Origin: Elainellaceae cyanobacterium
GTDB taxonomy: Bacteria > Cyanobacteriota > Cyanobacteriia > CAZCXK01
Length of the DNA: 14,872 bases
Direction: 5' to 3'
NCBI GenBank assembly: GCA_051117555.1
Contig: JBNPEG010000031.1
Span: 1-14,872 of the forward strand
Each line of letters opens with the position of its first letter. Position 1 is the first letter of the stretch. The notes beneath the pieces were generated by a model. It ran no database searches and had not been told where the DNA came from. It saw only the letters and a list, made by a program, of their open reading frames with translations. Shown in pieces: positions 1-8,500 of the stretch. A program made the position numbers and the translations under genes.

Positions 1-113
1 ATAAAACGGGTCGAAAAGTTGCTGAAGATTTCAAAGCCAACATGAAGATTGTCTTCGATGAAGTTTTACCACAATGGAATTACACAGCCAAACCAGAATT
101 ACAGATTATTTAA
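1..113 (+). CDS. ISAzo13-family transposase, C-terminal end (runs off the window start)
   Basis: Frame from base 3 reads KTGRKVAEDFKANMKIVFDEVLPQWNYTAKPELQII* (TAA 111-113). This resembles the conserved TGRKV...FD..LP.WNY tail of ISAzo13/Rhodopirellula-type transposases. Not in the ORF track. Confidence 0.8.
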   Translation, partial: KTGRKVAEDFKANMKIVFDEVLPQWNYTAKPELQII

Positions 114-123
114 TTCCCGTTCC
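1..123 (+). mobile_element. Right end of an ISAzo13-like insertion sequence
   Basis: The transposase stop lies in the putative terminal repeat (attatttaattcccgttcc, ending 123), followed by TAA (124-126), a plausible 3-bp target. The neighbouring gene loses its family-like sequence at this point. Confidence 0.65.
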
Positions 124-487
124 TAATCGGATGAAACGCCGCGCCGAATGAAAGGGCCGAGAGCATGGAAAGTTGAATCGTCCCGACTTGCATAAAAAAC
201 AAGAAGACTGCCAACCCAGCCAGACTGCAAATTGTTTTTGGGAATCGTCCCATTAGCGCCGCCGAAAACAAAACTATCGACAGAAACCCAACGACACGGG
301 AGAACTGGATATGTGTTGCCCACCAGGATGGGTCGATAAATACTGACATGCCTACGGTGAAAACCTGAATCAACAAACAGGCTACGAGCAGCCAAGTCCC
401 GATCAAAAATGGAAGCCTGAATGACTTTTTGCCAAACGAAACTGAACCACTTGAGGCAGTGGTTTTGGACATGGATTGAATATTCAT
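110..487 (-). CDS. DUF6220-like membrane protein, probably 3'-truncated by the IS
   Basis: Hydrophobic helices and motifs CLLIQVFTVGMSVF.DP.WW..H and AAFHP. It ends abruptly (HPI-RNGN*) using IS-derived codons where a further TM helix would be expected. Confidence 0.65.
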   Translation of the reverse strand: MNIQSMSKTTASSGSVSFGKKSFRLPFLIGTWLLVACLLIQVFTVGMSVFIDPSWWATHIQFSRVVGFLSIVLFSAALMGRFPKTICSLAGLAVFLFFMQVGTIQLSMLSALSFGAAFHPIRNGN

Positions 488-682
488 CGTTGTTGTTAAG
501 AATGGATGAGGTTTAAGAGAGAATTTTCATTCCGTATTGGTCAGCGAGTGCGATCGCCTTTTGATCAAATGAAGGATTAGGCGTGCCAAAAGCCGTTATA
601 GCTATGCGGCAGTTTGCTGCACCCAATGATTCGATTTTATTTTGCGGCTATTGAGCGAACTTGTGGTGTAGTGCTAAAACGT

Positions 683-847
683 TTATTGCGCGGTGAAGAC
701 TTCTCGCAATGCTTGTGCCGCCGCTTCCAGTCGATCGGCGCGTCGCGCCCCTAACAAAACCTGTAAGCCCTGACGAGCCAGCAATCTAGCAGTTGCTTCA
801 CCAATACCGCTACTGGCTCCAGTAATCGCAATAACTTTGTTCTTGAC
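683..847 (-). pseudogene. SDR oxidoreductase N-terminal fragment with no start codon
   Basis: Reads [54 protein letters not shown]. It has the TGxxxGIG Rossmann motif and GARR.DRL but is only 54 codons. It begins in frame directly after the TAG of the upstream gene. Confidence 0.85.
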
Positions 848-1300
848 CTACGGAAGAATGCCGTCTTTTTGTAATTGCTTCTGGAGCGTTTTCGGCAGGC
901 TCTTAATGTCGCAATGCCTCGGAGAACTACCCTCATAGCGCCAGGACTGAATTTCACCAGAGCGATCGAACTCGACATCAATCTCACAGAAATCACGATC
1001 AACAACCGTGTTGCCTCCGCTAATTATCGTAGTTGTATCGCCCTGATCGTTCTCAAACTCATTCACAGTGGTTGGCTGATTAAACTCCCGTTCTCGATCC
1101 GTTCTGTAAGAATAGATTGTGTTTCCATTGGGTAATGTAAGCGTTGTCGTGGGTGTACCATATCTGCGAACAAACTCATCGATATCCCGACCAATCCAAC
1201 TGTTCATTGTGCTATTCAATTGTTCTCTCGCTCGTTGATCGTCGCACCCGAACAAGCTCACGCTTGCTAAAATTAGCAGCATCGAAATCCAAGTCTTCAT
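848..1300 (-). CDS. Hypothetical lipoprotein
   Basis: From ATG 1300: MKTWISMLLILASVSLFG-C, a signal peptide with lipobox. AGAGGA RBS upstream. Mature region has SWIGRDIDEFVRRYGTP and two further Cys. Alternative starts are 1306 and 1330. Confidence 0.8.
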   Translation of the reverse strand: MKTWISMLLILASVSLFGCDDQRAREQLNSTMNSWIGRDIDEFVRRYGTPTTTLTLPNGNTIYSYRTDREREFNQPTTVNEFENDQGDTTTIISGGNTVVDRDFCEIDVEFDRSGEIQSWRYEGSSPRHCDIKSLPKTLQKQLQKDGILP

Positions 1301-1430
1301 ATTCATTCCTCTGTGTTGAAAGGTCTTCATGTGCGATCGTTCATTTCAGTCGCAGTAAAGCTAGGTCAAAGGACTCAATCAATTATTCGTGCAGTCGTTT
1401 GAAAGGAGAGTCAATCGCGTTGTGTTATCT

Positions 1431-1493
1431 GAAGTGTACTGAGGTTCAATGCTTGATTTCTTTCAGATTCTTATGGCGGTTTGTAAGATTCTT
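1431..1493 (-). promoter_or_regulatory. Putative AraC-activated promoter, copy 1 (upstream of the lipoprotein)
   Basis: Minus strand: AAGAATCTTACAAA-N7-AAGAATCTGAAAGA (21-bp period), then CTCAGTACACT with a -10-like TACACT. Paralogous to 2733-2794. Confidence 0.55.
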
Positions 1494-1499
1494 AAGGTG

Positions 1500-1846
1500 T
1501 TAGTGAACCTGTTTCGGCGTCATTCCAGTGAATCGCTTGAACTGTTGCGTCAGATGACTTTGACTGGAGAAGCCAACTTGTAGAGCGATGTCTGCGTTGG
1601 CGCAGCCTGTGCGCAGCACGTATTGCTAAATCTGTTTTCGACAGCATTAATTTTGTTTGTTCTACGCGCTGCTGAATCACGTACTGATGGCAGGGCTGAT
1701 TCATCTCCTCAAACCCTTGCTTGATCTTCGTATCTATGTTTTGCCGCGGTAGAGCACAAGTAGACCTGGATAAACTTCGCGATTTGAGGCTCTATAAAGT
1801 AGCTCAATTTGGAACTGATGTTCTGAATCAGTTAATTGGCTAACAT
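1500..1846 (-). pseudogene. AraC-family regulator pseudogene, paralogue of 2799-3155
   Basis: 1500-1692 aligns with the 3' part of the intact AraC (HQYVIQQRVE..KLMLSKTDLAI / ADIALQVGFSSQSHLTQQFKRFTGMTPKQVH*). It is frameshifted by a 25-bp insertion at 1597-1621 and the first HTH is missing. The 5' limit (ATG 1846) is tentative. Confidence 0.85.
1597..1621 (+). mobile_element. 25-bp small dispersed repeat (SDR5-like) inserted in a HIP1-like site
   Basis: gatgtctGCG[ttggcgcagcctgtgcgcagcacgt]ATTGCtaaatc here, versus the empty site gatgtctGCGATCGCaaaatc in the paralogue (2886-2906). Confidence 0.8.
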
Positions 1847-1876
1847 GATTTGTCTACCGATTAAAGTTGATTTGAG

Positions 1877-2638
1877 CTAGAGAGACTGCCCCCCGGAAAC
1901 TTCGATTCTCTGTCCAGTCATCCATCGATTCTCTTCCGACAGCAACAGCGCGATCGCACCTCCAATATCATCGGGTTCACCCACCCGACCTAAAGCCGTT
2001 TGGGACGCGATGTACTTATTGATCTCTGGATTGTCCCGCACGACACTGCCCTCGGTGGCGATCGCTCCAGGAGCGACTACATTCACTGTGATTTGCCGCT
2101 GTCCTAGTTCCTTCGCTAAGGAGCGAGTCAGAACCTCGATCGCGCCCTTCAGACTGGCATAGATCGCTCGTCCTGGGCTTATCGTGCGGGTTAGAAACGA
2201 TGAAAAATTCACGATTCGTCCACCATCTTTGAGCAATGGCAGCAACTTCTGAGTGAGAAAGAAGACACCCTTGAAATTAACGTTGAATATTCGATCAAAT
2301 TCTTCCTCTGTTGTTTCTGCAAACAGTGAACCGCCACTAATTCCAGCGTTATTGATGAGGAAATCAAATTGCTCGATACCCCAAGTGTTTTGCAGGGCTT
2401 GCTTGACTTGTATCACAAACGCATCAAGGGTTTCGATGCTGCCGATATCGAGCTGCAATGCCACTGCTTTATTGCCCATTGCCTCAATTTCAGAAACAAC
2501 GGATTTTGCTTCCGCTTCACCGTTGAGATAGGTTACAATTACGCCCACTCCTTTCTTTGCCACTGCCAAAGCAGTATTCTTTCCCAGTCCTCGACTCGCT
2601 CCTGTCACTAGAGCAATTTTGGGTTTATCTTGTGTCAT
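1877..2638 (-). CDS. SDR family NAD(P)-dependent oxidoreductase
   Basis: TGASRGLG, NNAG, catalytic YASLK (YxxxK), VNVVAPGAIAT, GRVGEPDDIG; 253 aa. Confidence 0.95.
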   Translation of the reverse strand: MTQDKPKIALVTGASRGLGKNTALAVAKKGVGVIVTYLNGEAEAKSVVSEIEAMGNKAVALQLDIGSIETLDAFVIQVKQALQNTWGIEQFDFLINNAGISGGSLFAETTEEEFDRIFNVNFKGVFFLTQKLLPLLKDGGRIVNFSSFLTRTISPGRAIYASLKGAIEVLTRSLAKELGQRQITVNVVAPGAIATEGSVVRDNPEINKYIASQTALGRVGEPDDIGGAIALLLSEENRWMTGQRIEVSGGQSL

Positions 2639-2732
2639 TACCTTATTTCTCCAATAAAAGACAATCAGGTGTACTCCTGGATAGAATTAATGGAGATATT
2701 AATCCTGCCGTTCTATCTATTCTGAGTGTTCT

Positions 2733-2794
2733 AAATGTACTGAGTTCTTGTGCTTGACTTCTTTCAGGTTCTTAGCCTAATTTGTCAGATTCTT
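2733..2794 (-). promoter_or_regulatory. Putative AraC-activated promoter, copy 2 (upstream of the SDR)
   Basis: Minus strand: AAGAATCTGACAAA-N7-AAGAACCTGAAAGA, then CTCAGTACATT, immediately after the AraC stop codon. Confidence 0.55.
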
Positions 2795-2798
2795 CCTG

Positions 2799-3155
2799 TT
2801 AGCGCACCTGCTTCGGTGTCATGCCAGTGAATCGCTTAAACTGTTGCGTCAGATGGCTTTGGCTAGAAAAGCCAACTTGTAGAGCGATGTCTGCGATCGC
2901 AAAATCTGTTTTCGACAGCATCAATTTTGCTCGTTCCACGCGCTGTTGAATTACATACTGGTGTGGAGAAATGTCAATCGCTTGTTTAAATACACTGGCA
3001 AAGTAAGTCGGGCTGAGGTTAAGCGTCTCTGCAAGTTCAGCTAGCGACAAGTCTCGATCGAGGTGAGTCTGAATGTAGTCGAGTACTTGTTGCAACTGGG
3101 TGTGTGTTAAACCTTTGCGCTTGAACTCAATGGTTGGTGTTGGTGTTGTTAGCAT
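2799..3155 (-). CDS. AraC family transcriptional regulator (DNA-binding domain only)
   Basis: LSLAELAETLNLSPTYFASVFKQ and IADIALQVGFSSQSHLTQQFKRFTGMTPKQ form the double HTH; 118 aa, no sensor domain. Confidence 0.93.
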   Translation of the reverse strand: MLTTPTPTIEFKRKGLTHTQLQQVLDYIQTHLDRDLSLAELAETLNLSPTYFASVFKQAIDISPHQYVIQQRVERAKLMLSKTDFAIADIALQVGFSSQSHLTQQFKRFTGMTPKQVR

Positions 3156-3257
3156 GGTTCAAAAATTGGCCATTTTTTCAACAAAACAGGCAAAAACTAG
3201 CGATCGCGCATTCGATCGCTGACTAGCACTAACCAACAAGTCAGATATGAATAGAGC

Positions 3258-3815
3258 TTAGTGACTTGCAGCAATCATGGCTGCCATCAACTCCGTCGTG
3301 TTCCAGTGCCCGATATACCGACTTCTATTGATAAACAGGGCTGGGGCAGTCGTTACTCCGCTCTGTATTCCGCCTTCGATATCTTCATTGATGCGATCGA
3401 CATGCACTTGTTTAGACAACTCTTTGAGAAATTGAGGAATGTCAAGTCCTAAATCATTGGCGTACTCGACAAGATAACCGTTCTCCAACCTTTGTTGATG
3501 GTCAAACAAAGTATCGCTCATTAACCAAAACTTTCCTTGGGCGGCGGCGGCAACGGCTGCTTGGGCTGCCCGCTGAGCATGAGGATAAATCTGTGCTTGT
3601 GGAAAATGACGGAAGATGAAGCATAAATAATCTTCTCCAAAAGCAGCACTAAGCTCTCGTTTGATCGCTTTAATCAGCTTGTAAACGTCCGCACTTCTAG
3701 GGCATTGATAGTCTCCGTATATCACCAACACTACCTTGGCACTCAGAATACCTTGAATCCAATCTTGGGTTGAAGGGGATACAAGTAAGAAACTGTAACT
3801 ATGATCGTCATTCAT
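3258..3815 (-). CDS. DsbA/thioredoxin-fold protein with CxxS active site
   Basis: YGDYQCPRS, FRHFP, AAAQGKFW.M.D.LF..Q and GVTTAPALFIN match the Thioredoxin_4/DsbA-like pattern. Confidence 0.9.
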   Translation of the reverse strand: MNDDHSYSFLLVSPSTQDWIQGILSAKVVLVIYGDYQCPRSADVYKLIKAIKRELSAAFGEDYLCFIFRHFPQAQIYPHAQRAAQAAVAAAAQGKFWLMSDTLFDHQQRLENGYLVEYANDLGLDIPQFLKELSKQVHVDRINEDIEGGIQSGVTTAPALFINRSRYIGHWNTTELMAAMIAASH

Positions 3816-3848
3816 CTCTCTACATCTGCATCAAGCCTGGAACCTCGC

Positions 3849-3891
3849 AATAAAAGCTGGGAAAAACCTTATGATTCAAGGCATTCCCAGC
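3849..3891 (-). terminator. Putative intrinsic terminator after the peptidoglycan-binding gene
   Basis: Minus strand: GCTGGGAA..CCTT-loop-AAGG..TTCCCAGC followed by TTTTATT. Confidence 0.55.
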
Positions 3892-3942
3892 ATCAGCAAT
3901 TGGAACATGGGCTGAATAACTTTGAGGTCGGTGATTAGTGCG

Positions 3943-4314
3943 TTAGCGTAGGTTTCGCCAACGACGGGCAAATTCCCTTAGAACTGAACTAGAGAGTTGC
4001 AATTGCAGCCATTCAAATGCCTCTTTTTGATAAGGGTAGTTCGACGGATCGTAGTAAACGGCTGCATCAGTCAGTTGAATGGGGGCATTGACTCGACGAA
4101 GGGCTTGCCAAGTTTGAGGGCCAACGATGCCATCTGCAACAAGTCCATTCCGCTGTTGAAACTGAACCACTGCGGCACGAGTCGCATTGCCAAAAATTCC
4201 ATCGACTGCAATGTTGATTCCTTTCGCATTCAACAATCGTTGTAGCTCAGTGACAGCAGCACCAGAATCGCCTTGGCGTAGCATTGGGTCTGTAGCTGTG
4301 GAAGTAGAGGTCAT
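3943..4314 (-). CDS. Peptidoglycan-binding domain protein (PG_binding_1-like)
   Basis: LRQGDSGAAVTELQRLL...VDGIFGNATRAAVVQFQQRNGLVADGIVGPQTWQAL, followed by a short C-terminal helical module. No signal peptide. Confidence 0.92.
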   Translation of the reverse strand: MTSTSTATDPMLRQGDSGAAVTELQRLLNAKGINIAVDGIFGNATRAAVVQFQQRNGLVADGIVGPQTWQALRRVNAPIQLTDAAVYYDPSNYPYQKEAFEWLQLQLSSSVLREFARRWRNLR

Positions 4315-4540
4315 CGATTTATCTCCGATGGGTTAGGGTTGAAAACTCAATCAGCTTCATTGCTCTAGAGGAGCATGATTTGCCTAATTGAATGCACTTC
4401 TGGCGAGATTTGCCCACCAATTGTGATTCTGCAAATAGGATTCAAGGTTGATTAGGCTAGGAAATAGGCGCTGCAATTGGCAAAGTTCGCTGTATCACTC
4501 ACGTTCTCAAACCAACAATACAAGACTGCCATTTCTGCTC

Positions 4541-4721
4541 CAATTTACTTACTCAATCCATTGACTGAATCTTTGTTTGCATACATTCAATGTAGGAGAT
4601 CGCTTTCAAGCTGTCGCCTACAGCAAGTTAAATCTTTTACAGTGCAAATTGATAGATTAACCATGCCATCGCGGAGTAGAAGGCTGGCTCTAACTTAAGT
4701 TAGAATCCGAATTTGATCGAA
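4541..4721 (-). repeat. Left copy of the ~180-bp inverted repeat (partner 12887-13064)
   Basis: Reverse complement of 12887-13064. I count 5 mismatches over the inner ~116 bp; the outer ~65 bp is more diverged. Confidence 0.95.
4689..4704. promoter_or_regulatory. Perfect 16-bp palindrome TCTAACTTAAGTTAGA, candidate response-regulator operator
   Basis: Self-complementary, compatible with a 7-2-7 geometry, identical at 12904-12919, and next to a NarL/LuxR regulator gene. Confidence 0.6.
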
Positions 4722-4729
4722 AGTACATC

Positions 4730-5377
4730 CTACAAACTGACAATGCCGCGTTTAACGGCAACAATCACCGCTTGGGTGCGATCGCCCACATCTAACTTAT
4801 TCAAAATCCGATTGACATGGGATTTGACGGTGCCCTCACCAATACTCAAAGCAGTCGCAATATCAGCGTTACTCATCCCCTGTGCGAGTGAACGGAGTAC
4901 CGCCAGTTCTCGTTCACTCAGTTCTGGATTGCTGAGCCGCTGTACCAACTTTGCTCCCACATCGGGCGGAATGTACTTCTGCCCCCGATGAACAGTACGA
5001 ATCGCATTCAGAAGCTCGTCAGGTTCAGTTTCTTTCAACAGGTATCCTTTTGCGCCTGCCTGCAATCCTCGATAGATATCTTCGTCACTATCATACGTGG
5101 TCAATACAATAATCCGAGCCGATTTAGCCGTCGCACAAATTGCACCAATGGCGGCAACTCCTTCCACTTCCGGCATTCGCAGATCCATGAGCGTGACATC
5201 CGGTTGGTGTTCCCTAAATAGAGCGATCGCCTGTTCCCCATTTTCGGCTTGGGCAATTACCTGCATATCTGGGTCACGGTTAATAATCGTGGCTAATCCT
5301 TGCCGAAAAATGGCATGGTCGTCCGCAATCAGAACCCGAATTGGGGGTGTGGGGTGTGGGGTGTGGGGTGTAGTCAT
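4730..5377 (-). CDS. NarL/LuxR family two-component response regulator
   Basis: REC domain (IRVLIADDH, VTLMDLRMP, VLTTYD, GYLLK) plus LuxR HTH (LSERELAVL...GMSNADIA...TVKSHVNRILNKL). Confidence 0.97.
   Translation of the reverse strand: MTTPHTPHPTPPIRVLIADDHAIFRQGLATIINRDPDMQVIAQAENGEQAIALFREHQPDVTLMDLRMPEVEGVAAIGAICATAKSARIIVLTTYDSDEDIYRGLQAGAKGYLLKETEPDELLNAIRTVHRGQKYIPPDVGAKLVQRLSNPELSERELAVLRSLAQGMSNADIATALSIGEGTVKSHVNRILNKLDVGDRTQAVIVAVKRGIVSL
5344..5371. repeat. STRR-like heptamer (GGGGTGT)x4 in the regulator N-terminus
   Basis: Four exact units, translated as TPHTPHPTP. Confidence 0.9.
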
Positions 5378-5542
5378 TATCCCTCAGCAATGTTGGCAGG
5401 CACAGAAACACAGGCTCTACGAATCTGTGAAGTTAGTCCATAGATTTCATGCTTTGGTAGTGCTTCTGTTGCTTGATAAACTTCCTTTGCCAATCGCATT
5501 GACACTCTCCAAACCTCCAAATCACGATAACTCTCTAACTTA

Positions 5543-5570
5543 CCCACACCCCACACCCCAATTACACCCC
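5543..5570. repeat. STRR-like heptamer (CCCCACA) remnants at the kinase stop codon
   Basis: cccacaccccacaccccaattacacccc overlaps the last kinase codons. Confidence 0.75.
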
Positions 5571-8500
5571 AACGACTACGATAATCTCCGTTCCCTGCCC
5601 AGGCTGACTCCTAATCTTGAGTTGTGATCCGATGCGCTCTGCCCGTTCGCTCATGCCGAGTAAGCCAAATCCCTCAGAGGCTGGAATACTGCCAACTCCA
5701 AAGCCCTGTCCATTGTCTCTCACGCGCAGGCAAACCTGATCGTGATTGTAGACTAGCCCCACTCGAATTTCGTCAGCATTAGCGTGTCTAATTGCGTTGG
5801 TTAATGCCTCCTGCCCAATCCGCAGTAGGTTACTCTCAACTTCAGTGGGTAGAGCATACACTGCACCCTCGATCTCATAGTGCAAAGTGGTATCCATTGC
5901 GGCAGTTCTGATTTGAGCGACGAGACGATGTAGAGCGCTCTGTAAACTGCCCTCCTCCAAAAGCTGAGGACGGAGTGCGACGACTGATCGCCGCGCTTCA
6001 GTCAGTCCAGTTCGCGCCAATTCTTTGATCAGGCCTAGATGTGCCTGAGCTGCGTCTACATCATCCGTTAGTACCTGATTTACAGCTCCGACCTGAGCCA
6101 GAATGCCTGTAAACGACTGCGCGAGTGTATCGTGAATTTCACGTGCCATGCGGTTGCGCTCCTCTAAAATTGAGGCTTCTTCTGCTTGCTTCTGCGCCGT
6201 AATATCTCGCACCAGCCAAATCACCTGATCGTGGCTGATTGGGGCAATGCGAGCCGAAAACCACATTTCTCGTCCATTTAGAAACGCACCATACTCGACC
6301 GTGAGGATTTGTCGGGTTTTCAGTACCTGCTGAATATAACCTAGAAACTCATCAGCTTCTTCCCTTCCGAGTTGATGCATTGTTTTACCAATCATCTCCT
6401 CAAAGGGGTGCCATAGCAGATCTGGGTCCAGTACCATTATTTCAAGAAATCGCCCTTCAGCAGAGAATACAAACAATGGATCGGGAATTGCCTCAATTAG
6501 ATTCCGTAGCTTTGACTCTGAGACTTGTAGGGCTGCTTCTGCTTGTTTGCGATCGTCGATATCCGTAACAACTCCCAACGCTCGGATGGGTTCACCGAAT
6601 TCGTTCCAGGCAACAACGTTGCCAACAGCAAAAAACCATTTCCACTGACCATCCTGAGTACGATGGCGATACTCTGCTTGATAGCTGGAAACTTCTCCAG
6701 TAAGACTAGCATGGTAAGCTGCAAGCACTGATTCTCTATCGTTAGGATGCAAACTCTCAATCCACCTAGATATGGTTACATGAAATGTTGCTGGATCGTA
6801 GCCCAGCATTAAAGGGTATCCTGGGCTAACCACAACTTCTTCAGTTTTGATGTTGATATCGTAGAGTCCCTGATTTGACGCGGTTAATGCCAAGCGCAGT
6901 CGTTCTTCACTTATTTGTAGAGCTGCTTCTGCTTGCTTGCGATCACTAATATCCGCAAGCACCCCTTCGATGTAGTCGTCGTCTGCACTCAGATAAGAAG
7001 AGAAAAGTCCCCAAAACACTGTCCCATATCGTTTTCGCATCTGTGCTTCATAGCTTCGCACTTCCCCATCCCGCTTCATCACCTCAATGCCTTGTTGGCG
7101 ATCGCTGGGATTGACCCAATAGCCTATAGTGTGTTCAATTCCAATAATCTCTTGGGGTGAATCAAAGCCAAATAGATCGGCAAAGCGTTGATTGGCGTCG
7201 AGAATTAATCCATCACAGGTGCGGGTTCGGTAGATGCCAACCTGCGAGTTTTCAAAGATAGTTCGGAACTTAGCTTCACTGCGTTGTAAAGCCTCTTCTA
7301 CTTGTTTACGCTGGGTGGTGTCACTGCCCACCGATAAGATTTCAACGACATCTCCCTGGTCATTGAAGATGGCTTGATTCGACCAGGCAATCCAAACCCG
7401 TCTACCGTCTCGACAAAGATTTTCATTCTCGGTTTGCAAGTAGGCTTGAGGTAAGGAAGCTTCAAACTTATGAAACAGATCGTGAACAAACGGCTTGAGA
7501 TTACGTCCAGATGTTTCGATTTCTGGAACGATTGTTTCAAGTAGAGTACGCCCTAGAATCTGATCTTCCTCATAGCCAAAAAAGCTCAGTCCATAGTCAT
7601 TCATGTATTGAATTCGTCCTTGCCTATCTGTGCGCAGGATGATTGAATTCGCGGTTTTTAGCAGGTTGCGATAATTCGCTTCGCTTTGTCGTAACGCAGC
7701 AGTTCGTTCTGCGACCTGTTGCTCTAAAGTGTAGTTGTAGTCGGCTAGGAGCTTCTCGGCTTGTTTACGCTCTGTAATGTCCTGAAAGGTAGCTATCGCA
7801 TGAGTGATATTGCCCTGTTGATCAAAAACTGGTGTTCCCCGTGCCTCAAGTAAAATTGTGGCATGATCTCGATGAATTTCTATATCCTCAGTCCTGATGC
7901 ATTCGCCTTTTAATGCCCGCACAATAGGCAAGCTCTCCGCTGGATAGATTTTATCCGTTCCCGCTACATAAAGCTGATAAGCCTCTGAGATCTGCTCCGG
8001 TGCTATGGAAGTATCAGTTTCTTGACCGGTGAGCTGATTGCTGCATTGGTTGGTATAGTAAGGGCGACCCGTCGCATCCACGATCCCAATTCCCACCGGA
8101 ATCGCTTCGAGGAACTGGGTGATCTTGCTTTCCTTAGCCTGCAGTTCTGAGTAAAGGTTGGCATTTTCGATGGCGATCGCGGCTTGAGTCGATAATAGCT
8201 GCAAGACCTGCGATCGCTCTGGTGTAAATACTCCAGCTGCTAACCGATTTTCTAAATACAATACACCGACCAGCTTGGCTTGATTCAGCAGCGGCAAACA
8301 GAAAACAGATTGAGGCTGGTTCTGTTGAATGTATGGCTCATTAATAAAAGCACCTTCACGAGTCGCATCATTTAAGGTGACGGGCTTCAGAGTCCGAATC
8401 ACATATTGAATGATTGATTCTGGCAATTGACCGGCAATTGGAATAGACTGTAACACCTGAGTCGCACAAGCATTCTCAACGGCATTGAGTTCACAAGCCG

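Noticed and set aside
1492..1704. 70-aa ORF as a functional gene
   Set aside because: It is the frameshifted AraC remnant; its second half is out-of-frame sequence caused by the 25-bp insertion.
3197..3225. Hairpin agcgatcg-N6-cgatcgct between the DsbA-like and AraC genes as a terminator
   Set aside because: The symmetry is explained by two neighbouring self-complementary HIP1-like sites, so support for a terminator is weak.
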